From an uncultured Caldilineales bacterium (GTDB lineage Bacteria; Chloroflexota; Anaerolineae; J102), in the NCBI GenBank assembly GCA_964565065.1, contig CAZMDD010000132.1, forward strand, positions 1 through 58,107: a DNA stretch of 58,107 nucleotides, read 5' to 3'. The notes beneath the pieces are model-generated. The model was not told the origin of the DNA. It saw nothing but the letters and a program-made list of their open reading frames with translations, and did no database searches. Positions within the stretch are counted from its first letter, which is position 1. Each line of letters begins with the position of its first letter. Shown in pieces: positions 18,898 through 30,329 of the stretch. The translations under genes were made by a program, and so were the position numbers.

Positions 18898-19917
18898 ATG
18901 CACACCCGAATCGCACCAGAAGAAAAGCCGTTAGGCGTCATCGAAGCGTTGCAACAAGGCTTCGATTTTCTCAACCATCATCTTTGGCTCATCCTGCTGC
19001 CAATACTTTTAGACCTGTTTTTGTGGCTGGGCCCGCGGCTTTCCATGGCCACACTCATCGAGCAACTGGTTGACACCCTGTTCAATCAGCCAGACCTGCC
19101 CGAAGCGCTGGCCTCAAACGCAAAAATGGTCAGCGAAAACTTTAACAGCCTGGGAGCCGACTTTAATTTGCTGGCGCTGCTGGCTGGCCCGTTCACCGGC
19201 TTGCCCTCCCTTTTTGCGCGCCTGGACTTCATCCCCCGTGTGGCCATACCCCACACGCTCATCAACCTCACCTCCTGGCAAAGTGTGTTACTGTGGCTAA
19301 GCTTTCTGATTCCGGTAGGGATTTTGGTGGGCAGCCTGTGGTTGACACTGGTCGTTTTTGCCTATCGAAACGAACCGCTGGCCATGCGGGCCTTTTGGGG
19401 CCGCTGGGGCTGGGTGTGGCTTAATGTCAACCTTTATCTCATCGTGCTTTTCATCGCCATCGTGCTGCTTAGTCTCTTCTTTGGAACCCTGGCTGCCCTT
19501 TTTATGGCTTTGATGGGGTCGGTGGGCGCCACGCTGTTTAGCATTCTTTGGATTCTTTTCATTGGATTCTCAGTGTGGCTGAGCATCGGGCTCTTCTTTG
19601 TGATTCCGGCAGTGGCGCTGGATGGTGTAAACCTGGCCAGCGCCACATGGCGTAGCTTGAACGTGGTCGGGCGCAACGCCCTGAGCACTATGGGATTCCT
19701 GCTCCTGATTATTCTCATCACCGAGGGATTTTCCCGCATCTGGTTGCAGATGAGCACCCAACTTTGGGGTGTGTTGGTTGGCATTCTGGGAAATGCCTAC
19801 ATGGGTACGGCAATCATGGCTGCCACCTTGCTTTTTTACCAATCACGCTATCAGGCGTGGCAAAAGAAACGAGCGATGGTCATTAGCCAGCGCTCCGAAC
19901 AGAACGACAACGCCTAA
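18898..19917 (+). CDS. Hypothetical integral membrane protein (about 7 TM)
   Basis: Hydrophobic ORF; ATG 18889 abuts the -10 box so ATG 18898 is preferred. Confidence 0.75.
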   Translation: MHTRIAPEEKPLGVIEALQQGFDFLNHHLWLILLPILLDLFLWLGPRLSMATLIEQLVDTLFNQPDLPEALASNAKMVSENFNSLGADFNLLALLAGPFTGLPSLFARLDFIPRVAIPHTLINLTSWQSVLLWLSFLIPVGILVGSLWLTLVVFAYRNEPLAMRAFWGRWGWVWLNVNLYLIVLFIAIVLLSLFFGTLAALFMALMGSVGATLFSILWILFIGFSVWLSIGLFFVIPAVALDGVNLASATWRSLNVVGRNALSTMGFLLLIILITEGFSRIWLQMSTQLWGVLVGILGNAYMGTAIMAATLLFYQSRYQAWQKKRAMVISQRSEQNDNA

Positions 19918-19935
19918 ACTTCTGCCCCAGGCTGA

Positions 19936-21966
<2,031 letters not shown>

Positions 21967-22000
21967 TTAGGTGGCAGCGTGGGAAAATTGAAAAATCAGC

Positions 22001-22037
22001 AAACAGCCGGGCCTTCGATGCAAGTCCCGGCTGTTTT
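22001..22037. terminator. Hairpin terminator between convergent gyrB and yhhQ
   Basis: AAACAGCCGGG..CCCGGCTGTTTT. Confidence 0.75.
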
Positions 22038-22094
22038 GTCGTCAGAAAAGCGTACGCTCGCGCTCGCTCGCATCATGCGCCCGCGCACCTGGCA

Positions 22095-22877
22095 CTAATT
22101 CAAATGGAAGGGGTTGAAATCGGTGTCCCGGTCAAAGTAGTCTTCTGCTTCCTTGCGTTTGAGAAAATTGACAACAAGATAAGTAAGCGGCGTGAACAAA
22201 AATTCGATGCTGACCTTGAAGATGTAATTGGCTACAATGAGGCTAAGAGCAATGGCCCAGGGAAAAACGCCCAAAAGGGTGGCAATAAGCACAAAAATGA
22301 TGGTGTCCACCCCCTCGCCCGCCAGAGTCGAGCCCATGGTGCGCAGCCACAGCCAGCGCCCGTTGGTGCGCAATTTGAGCTTGGCCAGGATGAACGAGTT
22401 ACTGAATTCGCCCAGCCAATACGCTGCCAAGCTGGCGATGATGATGGCGCCACTGCTGACGCCGCCCAAAATAGCATCGTAGGTGGCTTGCCCGAATTGC
22501 GCAGGATGGGTGGGCTCGGGGAGGTCGGGCATGGTTCGGGCCATGTTTTCATACACAAACGTGCCCCACATGGGGTCACCGGGCAAACGCCCCAGCAGCC
22601 AGAAGGTTAGCGACATGAGTGCTGCTGCGACAAAACCAATCCAAATGACCTTGCGGCTGCGGGCGTAGCCATAAACTTCGGTGAGAACATCGCCAAAGAT
22701 GTAAGCCAACGGGAAGAGCAGCGTGCCACCATCAAAAGCCAGGCGCAGACCAAAAATGCTCACGCCCAGGTCGATAAGTTTGGCAGAGCTGGCAATGTTG
22801 CTTAGCAGAAGCACCGTGACAAAAAGAGCCATCACGACATCAAAATAGCGATAGCTACGGCGAGAAGTTGTGGACAT
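22095..22877 (-). CDS. yhhQ: Queuosine precursor transporter (VUT/YhhQ family)
   Basis: LLLSNIASSAK, DGGTLLFPLAYIFGDVLTEVYG, WLRTMGST..GEGVDT, FKVSIE..TPLTY. Confidence 0.92.
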   Translation of the reverse strand: MSTTSRRSYRYFDVVMALFVTVLLLSNIASSAKLIDLGVSIFGLRLAFDGGTLLFPLAYIFGDVLTEVYGYARSRKVIWIGFVAAALMSLTFWLLGRLPGDPMWGTFVYENMARTMPDLPEPTHPAQFGQATYDAILGGVSSGAIIIASLAAYWLGEFSNSFILAKLKLRTNGRWLWLRTMGSTLAGEGVDTIIFVLIATLLGVFPWAIALSLIVANYIFKVSIEFLFTPLTYLVVNFLKRKEAEDYFDRDTDFNPFHLN

Positions 22878-22981
22878 GAAATTACCTGGTAAAGTGAAAT
22901 CGGCGGTACTGTGTTACTATCGATTGTTGTTTTGGCGTGGTTGCCGAAAGCATGACTGGCAGCAACTGCCAAACCGACCCA

Positions 22982-24412
22982 TTATAGCCAACCTGTTATC
23001 TTTGCCACAATTTTGTGCAGGCTCAAAATCATTTGTGCCCACAGGCCCGAAGGGGGCATCTGCGCCGGCGGCTCCGGTTCCGGGCCCGGTTCATTGGCGG
23101 TGAGCAATCGCGCTGATTTTAATTTGCCCCTGGCCGAAATCTCAATCCGCGCGTAGCTGAGCTGCCGATGATTCATATACTTTTCGGGATGCGCAATCAA
23201 GTCATGCCACACCGCATCGGGAGAATTCTTGAAATTTGCTTTCCAAATCCAGGTTCCGGTATTCAAATAAATAGCCCCTGATGAGAGTTTTTTCTCGACC
23301 CGTTCGTGCGTGTGCCCAAAGCAAACCACCGCGGCCCGATTCTCCGATGAAACCCGCAATGCCGCGTCCTCCAGCATTTGCCAGTAAAATTCGGCGATTT
23401 CGCGAGCTCTGTTTTGCGGAGGTGTGGCTACGGCTGATTCGGGCCCGGTGGCCAACCTCGAAACAGAAGGTTGCGGCGCAGCGCCCCGCTGCATCATCGC
23501 TACGGCCACACGGTCAGCAAATGAGGCCGCAAATGCCTTATCACCAGCCAAGCGTTCCAGCAATGCCTGCTCCGGCTCCGATTCCAGCTCACCCAGCAAG
23601 TCATCCGGAGCCTCTTCGGGCCCGGCCGCCAGCACATCCACCAACAGCGCGGGCGAGGCCAGCATAAACGCCTTGATAGCTCCCAACGCAAAGGGAGGGT
23701 CATAGGCCAGAGCATAAAAAATCAATGAACTCAGGGGATGCACGCCATCAATCCAGGGGCGCTGGCGCTCGATGCGATTGTAGTAATCGGTGACCACATA
23801 AGAGCCGGGCGGGCGCTGGATAAGCTCGGGATTTTGCGGGTCAAAGGGATGATCCGCGTCGGTGAAGGCATTGACCAGCTCGGTGTAAGCATTACCATGC
23901 TCAACATAAACACCATCTTCAAAATAATAGCGCTGCCCGATGCTCACCAGTTCCTCTTTATCGCCGCGGGCATCCAAAAAGGTTTTAATGCGCGCCTGCA
24001 CTTGCGGATAAGCCAATTCGGGATCGTGATTGCCAAAAAGGAAGACCACTGAACGTCGGGGCGGGCCCAGCGACAAAAAATCGGCCAGGGCTTGGAAGAA
24101 CTTGCTGTGCCCGGCATGAACCACCTCCAAACGGCGCAACGAAGCAGCAACCGACACATCGCGGTACGCTTTTGGGGGATAAATAACGCACGAGTCAAAG
24201 GTTTCGATGTCGGGAACCTGCAAGAATTCGATACCATCACCATTAATGATAAAAACCATCTCTGCGCCCGTACGTTCCGATTCATCGATTAGCTCGTGAA
24301 CCCACTCAAAAAACAGCTCATCCGAAGTAAAATCATCCAGCGGGTTACCGCTGTCGGCCCCGCCTGCGCCAATGTGTGTATCGCTGATAATGATTTTGAC
24401 TTTTGCTGGCAT
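22982..24412 (-). CDS. Calcineurin-like metallophosphoesterase with a large helical insertion
   Basis: IISDTHIG, INGDGIEF, FGNHD, EHGN, FGHTH, YLNTGTW. Confidence 0.88.
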   Translation of the reverse strand: MPAKVKIIISDTHIGAGGADSGNPLDDFTSDELFFEWVHELIDESERTGAEMVFIINGDGIEFLQVPDIETFDSCVIYPPKAYRDVSVAASLRRLEVVHAGHSKFFQALADFLSLGPPRRSVVFLFGNHDPELAYPQVQARIKTFLDARGDKEELVSIGQRYYFEDGVYVEHGNAYTELVNAFTDADHPFDPQNPELIQRPPGSYVVTDYYNRIERQRPWIDGVHPLSSLIFYALAYDPPFALGAIKAFMLASPALLVDVLAAGPEEAPDDLLGELESEPEQALLERLAGDKAFAASFADRVAVAMMQRGAAPQPSVSRLATGPESAVATPPQNRAREIAEFYWQMLEDAALRVSSENRAAVVCFGHTHERVEKKLSSGAIYLNTGTWIWKANFKNSPDAVWHDLIAHPEKYMNHRQLSYARIEISARGKLKSARLLTANEPGPEPEPPAQMPPSGLWAQMILSLHKIVAKITGWL

Positions 24413-24558
24413 GGTGAATTCCGTTAGAATGGGGAGAGAGGTAATTCCGGGGATGCACCCGATTGTGGCATAATATCAGAAAATTGTTATGTCTTCAAAT
24501 ATCGCCTTAGCACCGATTGCATTTTTCACTTCTCAGCCATCTTTCTTTCACCTGTCTT

Positions 24559-26061
24559 ATGATAAAACCTTTACGATTTTTACTGCTGTCTGTTCTATTT
24601 TCGGGCCTGGTGTTGGCGCTAAGTGCTTGTAATGATGAGGCTTCTGTCGAGGAAGACCCTCTGGCATTGTATTATCCCGCTTTTCATAAAGAGGCGTTGC
24701 CCGCTGATTTTGATTTTGCCAATACGCCCCGCTACGATTTAACTCTGACCATCGACCCGGAAAACCGCCGGGTAACAGGCGTGCAAAAGGTGCATTTTCG
24801 TAATCAGAGCGGCAAAATCATGCGAGATGTTTATGTACGTCTGTACCCGAATCTTTCGCAGTTGGGAGGATTGATGAAGGTGACTGCGGTGCGCACACTG
24901 CCAGATCAGTTCATTGTGGGTTTTGTCAGCGACGACGATAAAACAGTGGTCCGCATCACGCTTATCAACGAATTGCAGCCAGGTGAGGCGCTGGATTTGG
25001 CCCTGGATTTTGAGGTTTTGGCTCCGCAAAAAAGTGGCTACGTGCTTTTTGGCGAGAGTGAGGGCATCCTCAGCCTGCCCTATGCTTATCCCATGCTGGC
25101 CCGCCAAACAGGCGATCCCGCCCATCCCTGGCGTTTGGAGATTCCTCCCAGCTACGCTGATATTGCCATCACCAATCAGGCATTTTATTCTGTTACTGCC
25201 ACCTTACCCAGTGCCTACACTTTGGTAACATCGGGGGTGGAGCTGACACACACCGTGGGCAGCGAGCCCGGGCTGACAGCGCATCACATCGTTACCGGGC
25301 CTGCCCGTGAATGGGTCATGGCGGTAAGCAGCAAGCTGCAAAAAAGCAGCCAAACTGTCGATGGCAATGTCCTCAACAACTACTATCTGCCGCAGGATGA
25401 GCAATCGGGCAAGTCGGCCATGGCTTACTCAGCCGCGGTGATGCGTGTGTACGACAAATTGTTCGTACCCTATGCTTATACCGAGCTGGATGTGACCGAA
25501 GCGCCTACTCGCTACCTGGGCATGGAATACCCCAAACTCAATTACATTGGGCAGGATGTTTATCGTGATGTTGCCAGCAGTCAGGAAATGCTCATTGCTC
25601 ACGAGATTTCGCATCAGTGGTGGTACGCGCTGGTGGGCTCTGACCCGTATCGTTATCCCTGGCTGGATGAAGGTCTGGCCGAACACAGCAGCTTGCTTTA
25701 CATGGAAACGCTCTACGGCGAAGAGGTGGCCAACCGCATTCGTACCCGGCGCTGGGAAATTCCGGTAAAATGGGCGCAAGACAACGGCTATGATGTGCCT
25801 GTGGGACAAGATGTAACAGCGTTCAACAGTACCAATTACGAAATTCTGGTTTATGCCAAATCCGCACTCTTTTTCGACCATCTGTATTTGGCCATGGGGC
25901 GTGAGCGCTATTTGACGGTGCTGCAAACCTTCATCGATCGTTATCGGTTCAAAACCCCCACGCCCGATGATTTCCTCAGCATCGTGCAAGAGGTGGGAGA
26001 CTTTGATCCGGGCCCACTGTACCAAAAGTGGATTCTCAGCACCGATCCCATCGATGAATGA
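24559..26061 (+). CDS. M1-family metallo-aminopeptidase, predicted lipoprotein
   Basis: Lipobox LSAC; GMEYP, HEISHQWW..LDEGLAE; start moved to ATG 24559. Confidence 0.9.
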   Translation: MIKPLRFLLLSVLFSGLVLALSACNDEASVEEDPLALYYPAFHKEALPADFDFANTPRYDLTLTIDPENRRVTGVQKVHFRNQSGKIMRDVYVRLYPNLSQLGGLMKVTAVRTLPDQFIVGFVSDDDKTVVRITLINELQPGEALDLALDFEVLAPQKSGYVLFGESEGILSLPYAYPMLARQTGDPAHPWRLEIPPSYADIAITNQAFYSVTATLPSAYTLVTSGVELTHTVGSEPGLTAHHIVTGPAREWVMAVSSKLQKSSQTVDGNVLNNYYLPQDEQSGKSAMAYSAAVMRVYDKLFVPYAYTELDVTEAPTRYLGMEYPKLNYIGQDVYRDVASSQEMLIAHEISHQWWYALVGSDPYRYPWLDEGLAEHSSLLYMETLYGEEVANRIRTRRWEIPVKWAQDNGYDVPVGQDVTAFNSTNYEILVYAKSALFFDHLYLAMGRERYLTVLQTFIDRYRFKTPTPDDFLSIVQEVGDFDPGPLYQKWILSTDPIDE

Positions 26062-26197
26062 GGTGTTTGTGTTGAATTTGGAGATTCGGTGGAGATCGGT
26101 GGCGGTTGATGGCGGTGGGGCGGGCGCGGACGCATGACGCGCTCACCCTTCTTTTTCATTCTCGCAGATTCGCAGCCTTGGCATAAGACAACCAACA

Positions 26198-26953
26198 TCA
26201 ACGAAATAAATCACGCTCTTTGCTGCGAAGAAGCTCGACCGTTTGGCCCGGCCCCGAACGATAGGGAACGCCACGCATGTGCACCACGGGCAGCGCTTCA
26301 TCGGTGCCACCTTGCAACAAGGACGCGGCGGCGGCAATTTCATCCGCTGTGCCCAGCACGGTAATGCGCATCTTCTTGCCAAACAGATCCTGCTCGCCGC
26401 GACGGTCAGTCAGAGGCAGCAAGCCTGCCACGCCAATAGCCACCCCCACCGTGCCATGTCGCCACGCCCGACCATGACTATCATTGAGAACCACAGCAAC
26501 ATCAGCGCCCGTGGCCGCGTGCAGGCCCGCGCGTAAGGCCCGCGCCGACGCGTCCGGGTCTGCGGGCAGGAGTAAAACCGTGCCCGCAGCCTGCACATTG
26601 CTGGCATCGATACCAGCATTGGCCGAAATAAACCCCAGTCGATGTTGCACCACAATCAAACCGGGCCGCGTGCGCAAAACCTCGGCAGATTCAGCCAAAA
26701 TCAACGTGACCAGGCGAGGATCTTTACGGATAAACCGGGCCACCTCTCGGGCCTCGGGCGTGGGCGTCACCCGATCCAGCGCCACAAAACGCCCCTCCGC
26801 CTTGGAAACCACCTTAGAAGTCACGACCAGCACATCACCATCCTGCAAGATGATACCGGCCGCATCCAGACCTGCCAAAATCAGCGCCACCAAATCATCC
26901 CCCGGCTGAATGAGGGGAATGCCAGGCAGTGCAGTCAGCGTGAGTTGCGGCAT
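26198..26953 (-). CDS. cofE: Coenzyme F420-0:L-glutamate ligase
   Basis: GIPLIQPGDDL, VVTSKVVSKAEGR, SANAGIDASN, DSHGRAWRHG, DEIAAAA; start at ATG 26953. Confidence 0.95.
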   Translation of the reverse strand: MPQLTLTALPGIPLIQPGDDLVALILAGLDAAGIILQDGDVLVVTSKVVSKAEGRFVALDRVTPTPEAREVARFIRKDPRLVTLILAESAEVLRTRPGLIVVQHRLGFISANAGIDASNVQAAGTVLLLPADPDASARALRAGLHAATGADVAVVLNDSHGRAWRHGTVGVAIGVAGLLPLTDRRGEQDLFGKKMRITVLGTADEIAAAASLLQGGTDEALPVVHMRGVPYRSGPGQTVELLRSKERDLFR

Positions 26954-26957
26954 TAGC

Positions 26958-27632
26958 TCAAGCCTCAATGCCGGTGATGCGGATACCCGCGTTGCGGGTT
27001 TTGTAAATAGCATTGATGGAAATAAGCACCGCGGTCAGTCCCTCCACCACCGCCGAATTTTGCAAGGCGCCCGCATGCACACCACGCATACCCGCGGCCC
27101 GGGCCAACGCCATCGCCAAATTGCGATCCGCACGCTTGGCGCCGCAAATCAGCACATCGCAATCAATGGCATGATCGGCATCCAGCAAATGATGAGCACT
27201 AACATTCTGAAAAGCAGCCACCACCCGGGTCTCGGGCCCGACCTGCGCCTGAGCCTCCAATGCGGCAGAACCACCAGGTGCGGGCGCATAACGGCCCTTC
27301 TTCTTGCCCAACAGCGGCGCCACCAACGTGATGAGCACCTTGCCAGCCAATCCCGGCTTGATGCTTTCGATGATGCGCTCCTGCGATTCGTAAGGAACCG
27401 AAAGCACCACCACATCGGCCATTTGTGCAGCTTCAAGATTGCTGGCGCCGCGCAAGGCCACATCACCCAGCTTCGTGCGCAGCTCGGCAGCCACACGCTC
27501 ACCTTTTTCTGTGCTACGCGACCCGATAACCACATCCAGGCCCGCCCGGGCCCAACGCATGGCAAATCCAGAACCTTCGGAACCCGTGCCGCCAATCACT
27601 GCAACAACACCTAATAATTGCTTTTCAGACAT
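26958..27632 (-). CDS. npdG: NADPH-dependent F420 reductase
   Basis: IGGTGSEGSG, IGSRS, VLSVPY, VVAAFQNVSA, DVLICG, VEGLTAVLISIN; adjacent to cofE. Confidence 0.92.
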   Translation of the reverse strand: MSEKQLLGVVAVIGGTGSEGSGFAMRWARAGLDVVIGSRSTEKGERVAAELRTKLGDVALRGASNLEAAQMADVVVLSVPYESQERIIESIKPGLAGKVLITLVAPLLGKKKGRYAPAPGGSAALEAQAQVGPETRVVAAFQNVSAHHLLDADHAIDCDVLICGAKRADRNLAMALARAAGMRGVHAGALQNSAVVEGLTAVLISINAIYKTRNAGIRITGIEA

Positions 27633-27944
27633 AAAAGAAACTCCTGATAAGATGAATGACTTGTCCACAGTGGCAACTCTTGTTATCATGTAACCCAATA
27701 AATCTGCGACCGATGTTACAGGTGCAGTAGAGCGTTACCATTGCCACGAACTTGATGACTCGAAAATTTACTTGACAAATGCGCCAAGGGAGAAAAGTAT
27801 ATCACGGAGCGCCAAACCGGGCCATATTTCCGGAATTCTGAAAAAACTGTCATCCAGATTTGCCGCAGACTTCATTCACTTTTCACCTGCAAGCATTATA
27901 CTTGAGAATACCCTACCACCCTATCGCTCATTCACAATACCTTT

Positions 27945-29366
27945 ATGCGCACCTTTTTCCCTGCCCTCTTCATCCTTCTTGCCCTGGGATTACTGCTGCT
28001 GTTTTCACCCATCCTGGCAGCAGCCCCCACACCCACAGCCACGCCCGAAGCACCACACCCCCTGTCGGCGCTATCACCCATGGGCCTGGGCGAATGGCAC
28101 ACCCAGGCCAGCCACACCAGCGCCAACCTGCACGCCATTCAATTTTTGGATGACCGGGAAGGCTTTGCCGCGGGCGATGGCGGCACACTGCTGCACACTG
28201 TGGATGCGGGCGAACACTGGCTATCGCTGAACAGCGGCATCACCCAAACCATCCGCGCCCTACATTTTTTCGATGCGCAACATGGCTGGATGGCCGGCGA
28301 CACAGGCCTGCTGGCCAGCACAGCGGATGGCGGTGCAACCTGGACTGCGGAACTCATTCCCTTCCCCGGCAACCTATACACCTTCAGCTTTGTTGCACCT
28401 GACGATGCCTGGGTCGCGGGCGATGCGGGCCTGCTGTATCATTTTGATGGAAGTACCTGGCAGCAAAAACCCATGAACACCACCCTGGATATCTTCACCC
28501 TGGTCTTTGTCGATGCACAAAATGGCTGGGCCGGAGGCGAAGATGGCGCTATCTTGCACACCGCCGACAGCGGCAACACCTGGAGCATCCAAACCCTGGG
28601 CGGCGCAGACGCTTTTTACAGCCTGGCCTTTACCGATGCGCAGCATGGCTGGGCCGTGGGAACCGCGGGCGTCATGCTTTACACCGAAGATGGCGGACTG
28701 CACTGGCGTCTCCGCTCTCATGCGGGCGATAAAACGCTCTTTGGCATGACCATGGCTGACCGTTTTGTAGGCTGGGCAGTAGGTGATGATGGTCTGGCAC
28801 TGTACACCGGCGATCGCGGCGCCACCTGGTTCCAGGATAATCCGGGCACAGGCTTCACCTTGCGGGCAGTTTCTGCTCCCCTTCCCTGGCACGCCTGGGT
28901 GGCTGGCGATGCCGGAACCCTCCTCCACTGGCAAGACCCCCGCCCCACACCCACGCCCACACCCACAGCCACGCCCACACCTACAACCACCCCCACACCC
29001 ACGCCCACACCCACAGCCACGCCCACGCCCGAACCCTGCAACATCCAACTCTTCGTTTACTTCGATACCGACGAAAGTGGCAGCTTTGGCTCAGGCGATA
29101 CCCCCATCAGCGACACCCCCATCACCTTGCGCGACGCGAACAACATCATCCGCGGTGGCGGCTCTACCGACGCAGAGGGCAAAGTCATCTTCTACAACCT
29201 ACTGCCTGGTGATTACACCCTGTGGGCCACCACGCCCTGGGGCTACCGACCCACAACCCAACATCCTGTCAATGCACATCTGGTCCCGGGCGATGACCTC
29301 ACACTACAAGTAGGCTTCATCTCCGATAACGCCTACCAATACGTGCCCCTCATCTGGCGTGAATGA
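27945..29366 (+). CDS. Secreted YCF48/BNR beta-propeller + PT linker + SdrD-B-like domain
   Basis: Signal peptide; repeated GW.vG..G.iL.T.DgG.tW units; (PT)n linker; YFDTDESGSFGSGD; C-terminal YQYVPLIWRE. Confidence 0.85.
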   Translation: MRTFFPALFILLALGLLLLFSPILAAAPTPTATPEAPHPLSALSPMGLGEWHTQASHTSANLHAIQFLDDREGFAAGDGGTLLHTVDAGEHWLSLNSGITQTIRALHFFDAQHGWMAGDTGLLASTADGGATWTAELIPFPGNLYTFSFVAPDDAWVAGDAGLLYHFDGSTWQQKPMNTTLDIFTLVFVDAQNGWAGGEDGAILHTADSGNTWSIQTLGGADAFYSLAFTDAQHGWAVGTAGVMLYTEDGGLHWRLRSHAGDKTLFGMTMADRFVGWAVGDDGLALYTGDRGATWFQDNPGTGFTLRAVSAPLPWHAWVAGDAGTLLHWQDPRPTPTPTPTATPTPTTTPTPTPTPTATPTPEPCNIQLFVYFDTDESGSFGSGDTPISDTPITLRDANNIIRGGGSTDAEGKVIFYNLLPGDYTLWATTPWGYRPTTQHPVNAHLVPGDDLTLQVGFISDNAYQYVPLIWRE

Positions 29367-29409
29367 CCAGTGCCCGCCCATTCCTGCTACCCGCTGTTTT
29401 CCAAGCAGC

Positions 29410-29438
29410 TTGCTGGAGCAATTATCCAGTGCTATAAT
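29410..29438 (+). promoter_or_regulatory. Sigma70-type promoter for the OmpR regulator
   Basis: TTGCTG, 17-bp spacer, TG-n-TATAAT (29433-29438). Confidence 0.7.
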
Positions 29439-29461
29439 GCACACACCGCCGAACCCCCAAA

Positions 29462-30181
29462 ATGCCCTCCAAAAACCTGCACTCCCCTCAAAATCCTATG
29501 CGAATTCTGGTTGTAGATGACGATCCCCCTAGCGTAAAGATGACCTCCTTTCTACTGCGCGAAGAAGGCTACGAGGTGATAGCAGCCACCAATGGCGGCG
29601 ATGCACTCATCCTGGCAGAGCAAGAAGACCCAGACCTCATCCTACTGGATGTGATGATGCCCGGTCTGGATGGTTTTGCCACGCTACGGGAGCTACGCTC
29701 TCGTTTCGCCATTCCGGTCATCTTCCTTTCTGCCAAAGGCGAAACCTCGGATCGGGTAGCGGGCCTGGAACTGGGTGCCGATGATTACTTATCCAAACCA
29801 TTTGAACCTTCAGAACTACTGGCCCGGGTCAAGGCGGTTTTACGCCGCACCGAAGCCTACGCACTAGGCGAATCCTCCGACCGCATCGAGACCGGAGGCA
29901 TCCACCTGGACCCGCTGACCAATCGGGCCGAGCTGGCCAACGGGCGTGTTGTCGAACTCACCCCCATCGAAACCAGACTGCTGCACACCCTCATGCGCAA
30001 TGCCGGGCGAGTTCTCACCCATGATCAACTGCTGAACAGCGTTTGGGGAGCCAACTACGGTGGCTATCCCAACCAAATCGCAGTCTACATCCGGCGACTA
30101 CGCACCAAAATCGAAGAAAATCCCGACGAACCGCAATATCTGGCAACTGTGCGCGGCGTCGGCTACCGTTTCGAAGTTTGA
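29462..30181 (+). CDS. OmpR/PhoB-family response regulator
   Basis: ILVVDDD, LLDVMMP, GADDYLSKPF, LTPIETRLL, LRTKIE, TVRGVGYRF; start may be 29498. Confidence 0.96.
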   Translation: MPSKNLHSPQNPMRILVVDDDPPSVKMTSFLLREEGYEVIAATNGGDALILAEQEDPDLILLDVMMPGLDGFATLRELRSRFAIPVIFLSAKGETSDRVAGLELGADDYLSKPFEPSELLARVKAVLRRTEAYALGESSDRIETGGIHLDPLTNRAELANGRVVELTPIETRLLHTLMRNAGRVLTHDQLLNSVWGANYGGYPNQIAVYIRRLRTKIEENPDEPQYLATVRGVGYRFEV

Positions 30182-30247
30182 CCCCCAACACGATGCGTGA
30201 GCCGCTCGCAGACGCCTGATTCCATACTTTGGACGCCAGACTTCAGC

Positions 30248-30297
30248 AGGGGACGTGGACAGGTGACTTGACGCCTGCTGCCAGCGTCCCCTTTTTC
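30248..30297 (+). terminator. Probable intrinsic terminator after the OmpR regulator
   Basis: AGGGGACGTGG...CCAGCGTCCCCT followed by TTTT. Confidence 0.55.
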
Positions 30298-30329
30298 CTA
30301 TTCCCGGCATGATTCTCCCATAACCGCCC

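Noticed and set aside
22878-22981. preQ1 riboswitch upstream of yhhQ
   Set aside because: No GGTTC-stem-AAAAAACTA class I pattern or other recognisable class by eye; an Infernal/Rfam scan would be decisive.
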